A program made the translations under genes and the position numbers. This document shows, in pieces, positions 56,811 to 64,000 of a stretch of DNA of 64,000 bases (position 1 is the first letter of the stretch; each line of letters starts with the position of its first letter). The notes beneath the pieces are model-generated. The model was not told where the DNA came from, did not search any database, and saw only the letters and a program-made list of their open reading frames with translations. Origin of the DNA: Candidatus Magasanikiibacteriota bacterium. Lineage in GTDB: Bacteria > Patescibacteriota > Patescibacteriia > Magasanikbacterales > GWA2-37-8. The stretch lies in the NCBI GenBank assembly GCA_016182085.1, contig JACOYB010000009.1, positions 1,393 to 65,392 of the forward strand, read 5' to 3'.

Positions 56811-57710
56811 TTACTCTAGCGCCATTGCCCCACCGGCGATTTCTGCAATCTCTTGGGTGATGCCCGCTTGTCTGGCTTTATTAAATGTTAGATTCAGTTC
56901 GCTTATCATATCTTTGGCTGCTTCGGATGCGTTTTTCATAGCTACCATGCGGCTGCTATGTTCGCTGGCCGAAGATTCTAACATTGTTTGATAAATTTGG
57001 GTTTCTACCAGTCTTGGTAAAATTATTTTTAAAACATCCAGTCTATTTGGCTCAAATAAATAATCAGTTAGATTATTTTTAACAACAGTTTTATCATCAG
57101 ACAATTCGGTTATCTCGGCTAGAGTTTTTTCCAAATCCGATTCGGATATTGGCAAAACTTGTCTTAGTCTGGCTGTTTGCACCAGCGCTGATTTAAAATC
57201 CGTATAAGCGACAATTACTTTGTCATAGGATTTCTTCTCATAAGCATCTATTACCATTTTGGCAATTGGCAGCGCGTCGTCAAAATTTGGCGTATCAGTC
57301 ATGTTGGTAAAGGCAGCGGTAAGATTGTAGCCCATTTTTTTGGCAAAATCAGCACCTTTCTTACCAATACCAACTACATCAACCGCGGCTTTTTCTCTAG
57401 TCATTTGCGCGGCTGTTTTCTTGATAATATTGGCATTAAAACTGCCGCACAAACCGCGATTAGAGGTAATAATAATCATTAGGATTTTTTCTACTGGCCT
57501 GGTAGCTAAAAGCGGCACTTGTTCTTTTTGAGTTTTGGAAAGATCAACCAAAAGTTCCCAAGCCAAACCGGCATAGGCGCGCGTGTCTATAGCCGCGTTT
57601 ACCGCTTTGCGCATTTTGGCAGCCGCAATCATCTCCATGGCTTTGGTAATTTTTTTGGTACTGCCAATGGATTTGAGACGACGCTTAATTACTTTTGTAT
57701 TAATTGCCAT
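56811..57710 (-). CDS. atpG: ATP synthase gamma subunit
   Basis: KITKAMEM, RGLCGSFN, RM.AM..A, RQAGITQEI.EI. Confidence 0.97.
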   Translation of the reverse strand: MAINTKVIKRRLKSIGSTKKITKAMEMIAAAKMRKAVNAAIDTRAYAGLAWELLVDLSKTQKEQVPLLATRPVEKILMIIITSNRGLCGSFNANIIKKTAAQMTREKAAVDVVGIGKKGADFAKKMGYNLTAAFTNMTDTPNFDDALPIAKMVIDAYEKKSYDKVIVAYTDFKSALVQTARLRQVLPISESDLEKTLAEITELSDDKTVVKNNLTDYLFEPNRLDVLKIILPRLVETQIYQTMLESSASEHSSRMVAMKNASEAAKDMISELNLTFNKARQAGITQEIAEIAGGAMALE

Positions 57711-57773
57711 AGGTCATGATACATAATACTCACAGCATGATGCTCAGATGTATCGTGCTGCGTGAATTGTGAT

Positions 57774-59270
57774 TTATGATTTAAATTGTCCGCAAGCATC
57801 TTTTAGTTCAGCTTCTACTTTTTCATCCCACTCACCCGCTTCTAATTTCGCTAGCAGCACTCCTTTTGATTTTTCCAAAAAGGCATGCAAGCCATTTTCC
57901 CATTCCTTCATATCTTTTACAGCTACAGCGCTAGCAAAACCATTACTTACCGCATAAATTACTGCCACTTGTTGAGAAACAGAAACTGGCTCATACTGTG
58001 GCTGCTTCAATACTTCGGCTAGTCTCTGGCCAAGGTCAATCTGGTTTTTTGTTTCTGCGTCCAAATCAGAAGAAAATTGCGCAAAGGCTTCCATTTCACG
58101 GAATTGGGCCATAGCTAATTTTAATTTACCAGCAACTTTTTTCATTGGTTTGATTTGAGCGGCTCCGCCAACGCGTGATACAGACACGCCTACATTTAAA
58201 GCCGGGCGAATACCTTTGTAGAATAAATCTGTTTCCAAGAAAATTTGACCATCGGTGATGGAAATTACGTTGGTTGGAATATAGGCAGAAATATCACCGG
58301 CTTGAGTTTCAATAATAGGAAGCGCGGTAATAGAGCCTCCGCCGGATTCTTGATTGCGGCGGCAAGATCTTTCTAGTAAGCGGGAGTGTAAATAAAATAC
58401 ATCACCAGGGTAAGCTTCACGGCCCGGTGGTCTGCGAAGCAAGAGAGAAATTTCGCGGTATGCCCAAGCTTGTTTAGTCAAATCATCATACACACACAAT
58501 ACATCTTTACCTTTATCCATAAAGTATTCGGCCATTGCTACACCAGAGTACGGAGCGATATAAGACATGGCAGCTGGCTGGGATGCGCCGGCTACAACTA
58601 CGATTGTATATTCCATTGCACCAGCTTCTTTTAGTTTGGCCACAATACGAGCAACTTTGGATTCTTTCTGACCAACAGCCACATAGACACAAATAATATC
58701 TTTACCTTTTTGATTAATAATTGCATCTATTGCCACCGCGGTTTTACCGGTCTGGCGGTCGCCAATGATAAGCTCGCGCTGACCGCGGCCGATGGGAATA
58801 AGAGCGTCAATCGCTTTGATGCCGGTCTGCAATGGCTGAGTTACCGGTTCTCTAGTCATTACACCCGGAGCGATTTTTTCAATTGGCGCAAACTTACCGG
58901 TTTTGATTTCTTTGCCTCCGTCTATGGCTTGGCCAAGCGGGTTTACCACCCTGCCTACCAGCTCGTCTCCAACCGGTACAGACAAAATTCTGTTTGTTCG
59001 TTTTACCGTATCCCCTTCTTTAATATGTCGGTATTCGCCGAGTAACACACAGCCAATGGTTTCTTCTTCCAGGTTTAAGGCTAATCCGTAAGTTGTTTCT
59101 TCACCGGATCCAAACTCAATCATTTCACTCGCTTGGCATTTGGAAAGCCCCGAAAGACGAGCGATGCCGTCGCCTACTTCTATAACTTTGCCGGTTTCTT
59201 CTTTTTCGGTTTCTTTTTGGAAGAGTGAAATATTTTTCTTAATCTCTTCAACAATGTTATTTGTGGACAT
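57774..59270 (-). CDS. atpA: ATP synthase alpha subunit
   Basis: [31 protein letters not shown]. Confidence 0.98.
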   Translation of the reverse strand: MSTNNIVEEIKKNISLFQKETEKEETGKVIEVGDGIARLSGLSKCQASEMIEFGSGEETTYGLALNLEEETIGCVLLGEYRHIKEGDTVKRTNRILSVPVGDELVGRVVNPLGQAIDGGKEIKTGKFAPIEKIAPGVMTREPVTQPLQTGIKAIDALIPIGRGQRELIIGDRQTGKTAVAIDAIINQKGKDIICVYVAVGQKESKVARIVAKLKEAGAMEYTIVVVAGASQPAAMSYIAPYSGVAMAEYFMDKGKDVLCVYDDLTKQAWAYREISLLLRRPPGREAYPGDVFYLHSRLLERSCRRNQESGGGSITALPIIETQAGDISAYIPTNVISITDGQIFLETDLFYKGIRPALNVGVSVSRVGGAAQIKPMKKVAGKLKLAMAQFREMEAFAQFSSDLDAETKNQIDLGQRLAEVLKQPQYEPVSVSQQVAVIYAVSNGFASAVAVKDMKEWENGLHAFLEKSKGVLLAKLEAGEWDEKVEAELKDACGQFKS

Positions 59271-59285
59271 ATTCGGTAGTTTAAT

Positions 59286-59675
59286 TTATTTGATTAAGGC
59301 TTGTTTTAATTTGTATAATTGGGTTTTGAGACTGGCATCATGGACCGTATCATCAATTTTTATTCGTATGCCGCCAAGTATTTGTTTGTTTATTTTTTGG
59401 GTTATTTCAGATTTGGCGCCAAATGTATTTATAATCTTTTCCCTGGTTTTCTCGTCAAGTTCGCGCGTAGTTTCTACTTCTATGGTTTTTATACCCGACT
59501 GTTTTTTAGAATAGCTGATAAAATCTTCAAGAATATAGTCTATTTTTTTAAGTTTATTGTACTTTTGCAGCGTAATAAAAAACTGTTTCACAACTTGCGG
59601 CAAGCTTTCCGCCGGTAAACTTTTCGTAACTTCGTACAGGGCTTTGGCAAATTGTAAATTACTTTGCTTTCGCAT
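59286..59675 (-). CDS. atpH: ATP synthase delta subunit (short form)
   Basis: AKALY, ILGG..I...D.V.D.S. Position in the operon. Confidence 0.88.
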   Translation of the reverse strand: MRKQSNLQFAKALYEVTKSLPAESLPQVVKQFFITLQKYNKLKKIDYILEDFISYSKKQSGIKTIEVETTRELDEKTREKIINTFGAKSEITQKINKQILGGIRIKIDDTVHDASLKTQLYKLKQALIK

Positions 59676-59676
59676 A

Positions 59677-60234
59677 TTATTTTAGACTTTTTACCGCTTC
59701 GTCAATTATTTTATTGTCTGCTGCAGCATCTATTTTTGTGCCTAAAATTTTCTCGGCAGCAGCCACGATCAAATTGGCAGTTTGTTCCTTTATTTCGTCA
59801 AGCGATTGATCTCGTTCGGTTTTAATATTTTTTCTGGCCTGTTCCACAAGCTGTTCAATTTCCTTTCTGGTTTTTTCCTTCAACAGTTCGGCGTTTTGCA
59901 AGGCTTCAGCTTGAGCTTTTTCCAAAACTTTATTTGCGTCTACTTTGGCCTGATCTATCTTTTCCTGATATTTTTTTTCGCTCATGCCTAAGTTAGTTTC
60001 AATTTTTCTCGCATTTTCAATGCTGTCATCAATCATCTTCTGTCTCTCGGACATTTTTTTGGTCAGTGGTTTTAGAATTAAAAACCATAAAATTAATGCT
60101 ACTAAAGCAAAGTTAATAAGCTGAAAGATAAATAGGGTGCTATTTATGCCAAGCGAGGCAAGCACTCCGGTTTCAGCCGCGGCTTCGGCAGTTTTTCCGG
60201 TTATTTCTGAGGCGTGAGCAATATCTATAAACAT
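59677..60234 (-). CDS. atpF: ATP synthase subunit b
   Basis: QLINF..., KP......ER, coiled coil. Confidence 0.92.
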   Translation of the reverse strand: MFIDIAHASEITGKTAEAAAETGVLASLGINSTLFIFQLINFALVALILWFLILKPLTKKMSERQKMIDDSIENARKIETNLGMSEKKYQEKIDQAKVDANKVLEKAQAEALQNAELLKEKTRKEIEQLVEQARKNIKTERDQSLDEIKEQTANLIVAAAEKILGTKIDAAADNKIIDEAVKSLK

Positions 60235-60315
60235 AGAGCTACTAAGTATTTATTGGTTGAAAAATTATCTCGTCAAGCTCGGCCTTGTATTTCACAAGCC
60301 CGAACCGATACGAAA

Positions 60316-60537
60316 TTATTTTAAAGTAAAAACTACCACCAAAGCGTAAATGGCGATAGCTTCCGCAAAAGCGGCGCCCAAGAGCATCGGTACGAATAAC
60401 TTATCAGAAGCTTCCGGATTGCGGCCGATAGCTTCCATGGCTTTTGCCACTAGTAAACCGATAGCTATAGCCGGACCAAATCCGCCGATAGCCATTGTTA
60501 AACCCTTTGCCAGAGCTAACACTGATTCGTGTTCCAT
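60316..60537 (-). CDS. atpE: ATP synthase subunit c
   Basis: GRNPEA loop and FAEAIAIY carboxylate. No Na+-binding signature seen. Confidence 0.96.
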   Translation of the reverse strand: MEHESVLALAKGLTMAIGGFGPAIAIGLLVAKAMEAIGRNPEASDKLFVPMLLGAAFAEAIAIYALVVVFTLK

Positions 60538-60661
60538 ATTTGACCTTTCCGATATCAGAGCCGGACGAGGAGGCTTGAATGTTAACCTCGCGGATAATAT
60601 CTTATTTAAATTAATTGCCTCAAATTAAGAAACTTTGTTTTAATTTTTTAATTTGAAATAA

Positions 60662-61441
60662 TTAATGTTTTTGTCCGTGTGGTTTAGTGGTCATGACCGT
60701 TAGATAAACCAGCGTAAGCATCGTGAAAACACTAGCTTGGATTAAACCAACCAAAAGTTCCAAAAGCATAAACGGAGCTGGCACCAAAGCGGCTGCGATA
60801 CTGCTAATAACGGAAATCAAAACTTCACCGGCAAAGATATTGCCGAACAGTCTTAAGGACAAAGATAAGACCTTGGCCATTTCACTGATTATCTCTATAA
60901 CTCCCACGACCAGCTCTACAACAGCTGTAAAAATTGCAACGGGCCCTTTGGTTAGGCTTTTTACAAAGGTTCCAATTTGGATGAATTTATTTAAGTGAGT
61001 GAAGATACCAACCGTAAACAACCCAAATAAGTGCGAAGAAACTACCGAAACAAGAGCCATGGCCACAGTTAAGTTTAGATCCGTATTGGCAGGTCGCAAC
61101 AATGGCGATTCCCCTACTGTAATACTTCCGGTACCCGGCAATAATCCCAGCCAATTTGATAATAAAATAAAGAAGAAGATTGAGCCGGTAATAGGCAAAA
61201 ATCTCATGGTTTTTTTGCGATCACCCGTGACTTGGTCAAAATAAACAAAAAGTTTTTCTAAAAAATATTCTAAGAAGTTTTGTGTTTTACCCGGTTTAAG
61301 TTTTATATTGCTGCGGATGATAAAACCCAAGATTAGAAAAAAGACAATAGCCAGCCATGTATTTATAATTGTGTTAGTAACGGGAAGCTTTCCAATGTGG
61401 AATAAAACTTCCGGAGCTAGGGTTGGGATATGTAATTCCAT
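60662..61441 (-). CDS. atpB: ATP synthase subunit a
   Basis: NWLGLLPG, DLN.T, LSLSLRLFGNIFAGE, IQASVF..L. Confidence 0.96.
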   Translation of the reverse strand: MELHIPTLAPEVLFHIGKLPVTNTIINTWLAIVFFLILGFIIRSNIKLKPGKTQNFLEYFLEKLFVYFDQVTGDRKKTMRFLPITGSIFFFILLSNWLGLLPGTGSITVGESPLLRPANTDLNLTVAMALVSVVSSHLFGLFTVGIFTHLNKFIQIGTFVKSLTKGPVAIFTAVVELVVGVIEIISEMAKVLSLSLRLFGNIFAGEVLISVISSIAAALVPAPFMLLELLVGLIQASVFTMLTLVYLTVMTTKPHGQKH

Positions 61442-61457
61442 AACTAAAGTAGGTTTT

Positions 61458-61751
61458 CTATAAATGATCTTCCGGTTTCTTTTCTTTCTTGCCGGCATCG
61501 TTTAATCTCTTGTATTGCGCGCCGTAATTTTTTGCTTTTTTGTGAATGATCTTGGCGGAAATTAGAGCCGCAAGGACAAATGCCAAAATGATAAAAAGAG
61601 GCGCGGTGTTATATTTCTTATCAATATACTGGCCAATCAGCACTAAGATTACAACCGGTACGGCTATGGAGGCGCCAAAATCACCTATAATTCGCAGAGC
61701 CAATAGATAGTAATCTCGGCTCGCCGGTTTCGGTAAATTTTCTTCGGGCAT
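61458..61751 (-). CDS. AtpZ/AtpI family protein
   Basis: G..ID....T.P motif. First gene of the atp operon. Confidence 0.8.
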   Translation of the reverse strand: MPEENLPKPASRDYYLLALRIIGDFGASIAVPVVILVLIGQYIDKKYNTAPLFIILAFVLAALISAKIIHKKAKNYGAQYKRLNDAGKKEKKPEDHL

Positions 61752-62039
61752 ACAAAATGCACTTAAGAACGCGACTATTTTACATATATTTTTTTCTAAA
61801 GTCAAGTATTTTTACGGGTGGATTGTTATTGATAAAACTGTAGTTACAGAATCCAGCGCCCACACACTGCTATTTTTGTTTATTTTGGCTAATTTTAAAC
61901 TAAAAATAGATAAAATCTTGATAAAGTATTGACAAAACACGAACTTATTGTTACTATTCTTCGTTATGTAGAAGCGGCACGCAGGGGGTGTGCAACTTCT
62001 CATAATAGACCCTAAACGGCGAAAGGAGCCGTTTTCCCG

Positions 62040-62396
62040 ATGACCGACTACCACACGGATGATGATCCCGAACTTTTTGGTCTGGAGATCGCAGGCCTTT
62101 TGGCCTGCTTCGCCGATACCGGAACCCTTCCTTCGCTAGAAGACGAGGGGGCAGAGATCACGATCAGCGAGTTTTCCGACGCTGATCTGTTCAACTGGGA
62201 GGTCGAACACGCGGTCGACACTGCCGTTGTCGTGCCGGAGCCCGCTGGGCTGAAGGCAGCAACTGCGGAACCGACCAGCGTGGATGATGGTTGGGAGATG
62301 GAAAACCCGGGTGACACCGAGGAGAATACCCAGGTTGATCGCCCGCGTCACATGATCATTACGGCAGAAGGGCCCCGTCTGGTCCACCACGAGTAA
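62040..62396 (+). CDS. Acidic hypothetical protein (GC-rich cassette)
   Basis: TTGACA-N17-TACTAT (61929-61957) and AAGGAG SD. Confidence 0.65.
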   Translation: MTDYHTDDDPELFGLEIAGLLACFADTGTLPSLEDEGAEITISEFSDADLFNWEVEHAVDTAVVVPEPAGLKAATAEPTSVDDGWEMENPGDTEENTQVDRPRHMIITAEGPRLVHHE

Positions 62397-62500
62397 TTGG
62401 GTGTGCCGGCGCGAAGCCTCTGTTCGCCGCCGCACTACCGCTTTCAAGATAAAAAATATTTGTCTTGTAAAGCGGTGGCGGCGAACTTCACAAAGAACAG

Positions 62501-62547
62501 ATATAACAAAAACCCTCCGACGTAACGTCGGAGGGTTTTTGTTATAT
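62501..62547. terminator. Perfect 23-bp inverted repeat, bidirectional terminator
   Basis: ATATAACAAAAACCCTCCGACGT-A-ACGTCGGAGGGTTTTTGTTATAT. Confidence 0.85.
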
Positions 62548-62595
62548 TGACCATTTACTTAAAAATATGGTACGAATTATTTAGGAGGGAATAAC

Positions 62596-62712
62596 ATGAA
62601 CTTTGCCGAGGGATTGATTGGAACGGCCCTGGAAATCTTCCTGAACTGGATGGCGCTCATGTACCGTATCCGGGAGCTCGTCCGGATTGACCTCTTCCCC
62701 TTGTCCTCCTAG
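62596..62712 (+). CDS. 38-aa hydrophobic peptide (not in the ORF track)
   Basis: TTGACC at 62547, AGGAGG SD, MNFAEGLIGTALEIFLNWMALMYRIRELVRIDLFPLSS*. Confidence 0.55.
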   Translation: MNFAEGLIGTALEIFLNWMALMYRIRELVRIDLFPLSS

Positions 62713-62799
62713 TTAGTACCTTGTGCCGGGCTTCACGCCTAGCACGTCGTCCTAGAGAGGGTAACAACCAGCCGGCGTCACACACTGTTGTGACGCCGC

Positions 62800-62839
62800 A
62801 AAACAAAAACAGCTTTCAACTTAAAGCTGTTTTTGTTTT
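62800..62839. terminator. Intrinsic terminator
   Basis: AAAACAAAAACAGCTTT-CAACTT-AAAGCTGTTTTTGTTTT. Confidence 0.75.
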
Positions 62840-62894
62840 CAACAATTGACCCATTTTATATAAGTATGCTAGTTTACATACAGGAGGTAGTAGT

Positions 62895-63155
62895 ATGAAG
62901 AAGCACGCGACTTTCTTTGAGAACCTGGTGGATTGGATTGCGGAGACGCGGCGCACGGTGCAGCTAAACGAGGTGTTGGAAGAACTTGCTTACTGGGTGG
63001 GACAGTTCGTTATTGCGGTGAGCAGAGAGCTTACCCCCGAAGGTTTGCAGAAGTTCTTCAGCGGTTTGAGCGGCGGGTATATCAATACGATGGACCTAAA
63101 CATCGACCTGGATGGAATGCATGCCGATGAACTTCTCTGCAAGAAAAGCAGGTAG
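62895..63155 (+). CDS. Hypothetical protein (cassette)
   Basis: TTGACC at 62846, AGGAGGT SD, hairpin at 63182-63207. Confidence 0.7.
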   Translation: MKKHATFFENLVDWIAETRRTVQLNEVLEELAYWVGQFVIAVSRELTPEGLQKFFSGLSGGYINTMDLNIDLDGMHADELLCKKSR

Positions 63156-63421
63156 GTCACCCCTACTCCGCAAGGTCTTCGCCTCGCCCGAAAATTCGGA
63201 GCGAGGCAATGCATTTTTATAGGAGAAATGAATTAAGTTTAATTTTTTAAATATTACTGACACCCCTTGACAAAAGGGGTGTTTTGGTGTATACTGCTGG
63301 GTTGCTCTTTTAATGACCGATGGTACCTGTCGAGGGAGAAAAATACGTTAAATTAGCATATTTTTCCCCCTCGGCACCAAATTTTCGCCGAGATAACCAG
63401 TTTCGCGAGAGGAAAACCGCC

Positions 63422-63790
63422 ATGAACACCCTGTCCAAGATCGTCACCATCCTGACCCTGGTCGCTCTGATCCTGGCCATGGCCGTCAACCCGGCCTACG
63501 CCGACCGTTCGGTGGTCCGCATCCGCAAGAACGGCCCGCTCACGCAGAAGCACCGCAACGCGATCAGCGAGATCGAGCACATCATGCGCCGGTCGGGCGA
63601 CAGCCAGAAGCGGCCGACGAAGTTCTCATACTCCTGCAACCAGGGGAACGAGAAGATTCGGCAGATCGTCGCCACCTTCCCCGCGGACGAGCAGTTCATC
63701 CTGTCGGACGAGTGGGACGGCGAGTGTTTCTTCTACATCCCGCCGACCCGGAAGGTCAACAAGGCGCCGGTGATGGTCGCCAAGAAGTAG
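63422..63790 (+). CDS. Secreted hypothetical protein (very GC-rich)
   Basis: Signal peptide MNTLSKIVTILTLVALILAMAVNPAYA. Promoter TTGACA-N17-TATACT (63267-63295). Terminator GAAGCCCGC-N6-GCGGGCTTC-TTTATTTTT. Confidence 0.75.
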   Translation: MNTLSKIVTILTLVALILAMAVNPAYADRSVVRIRKNGPLTQKHRNAISEIEHIMRRSGDSQKRPTKFSYSCNQGNEKIRQIVATFPADEQFILSDEWDGECFFYIPPTRKVNKAPVMVAKK

Positions 63791-63868
63791 CAACACCCTG
63801 GCCAAGGCCGCGCAAGCGACCAAGGCCGAGACAGCCCGAAGCCCGCACATCAGCGGGCTTCTTTATTT

Positions 63869-64000
63869 TTAAAAAGAAATATTAAATAATTTTTTAGCGT
63901 TTTCTGTAGTCGCAGCTTCAACTTCGGCAAATTCTATCTGTTTCAACTGCGCGATTTTTTTAATAGTTTCCCGTATCATCGGCGGATCGCATCTTTGCCC
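63869..64000 (-). CDS. TatD-family hydrolase, C-terminal fragment (gene starts beyond the window)
   Basis: GQRCDPPMIRETIKKIAQLKQIEFAEVEAATTENAKKLFNISF* matches the TatD C-terminus. Confidence 0.8.
   Translation of the reverse strand, partial: GQRCDPPMIRETIKKIAQLKQIEFAEVEAATTENAKKLFNISF

Noticed and set aside
57722-57772. Hairpins in the atpA-atpG spacer, after atpE (60271-60311) and at 50443-50472
   Set aside because: Single copies without family tags, best explained as ordinary mRNA stem-loops.

Overview
A chromosomal window from a small-genome bacterium using the standard genetic code. The gene set and style suggest Patescibacteria/CPR, possibly Magasanikbacteria-like (inference only). 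Positions 1-11.6 kb are accessory: a GT2 3' end, a nonsense-interrupted MazG-like gene, a duplicated 44-aa gene, an NYN RNase, a DpnI-family nuclease, a PD-(D/E)XK nuclease, rhodanese, TspO, ArfB, two GIY-YIG genes and a Pif1-like helicase. Housekeeping blocks follow: fmt-def-priA, pyrE/pyrF, clpB with a CIRCE-like operator, uppS, gltX, ddl, an ADP-forming acyl-CoA synthetase / 2-oxoacid:ferredoxin oxidoreductase / flavodoxin operon, a Xer recombinase, serS, lysS, greA, mreBCD-mrdA, a UvrD-nuclease and the full F1Fo ATP synthase operon. The most striking signal is a set of short palindromic elements in at least three families, about 20 copies in all. One GIY-YIG gene (7895-8188) is bracketed by 32-bp inverted TGTCATCCTGA...GGATCTCTGTC arms. 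Gene-less dimers or single copies of these arms, and two other hairpin families, sit in frame inside gltX, priA, ddl (twice), a TagA/WecB glycosyltransferase, the GT2 and a nuclease. A natural empty/filled paralogue pair (2914-3048 vs 1465-1662) defines one 63-bp insertion without target duplication. A second layer is a set of GC-rich genes, each with its own sigma70-like promoter and mostly a Shine-Dalgarno site and 3' hairpin/terminator. No rRNA, tRNA or CRISPR array was recognised.
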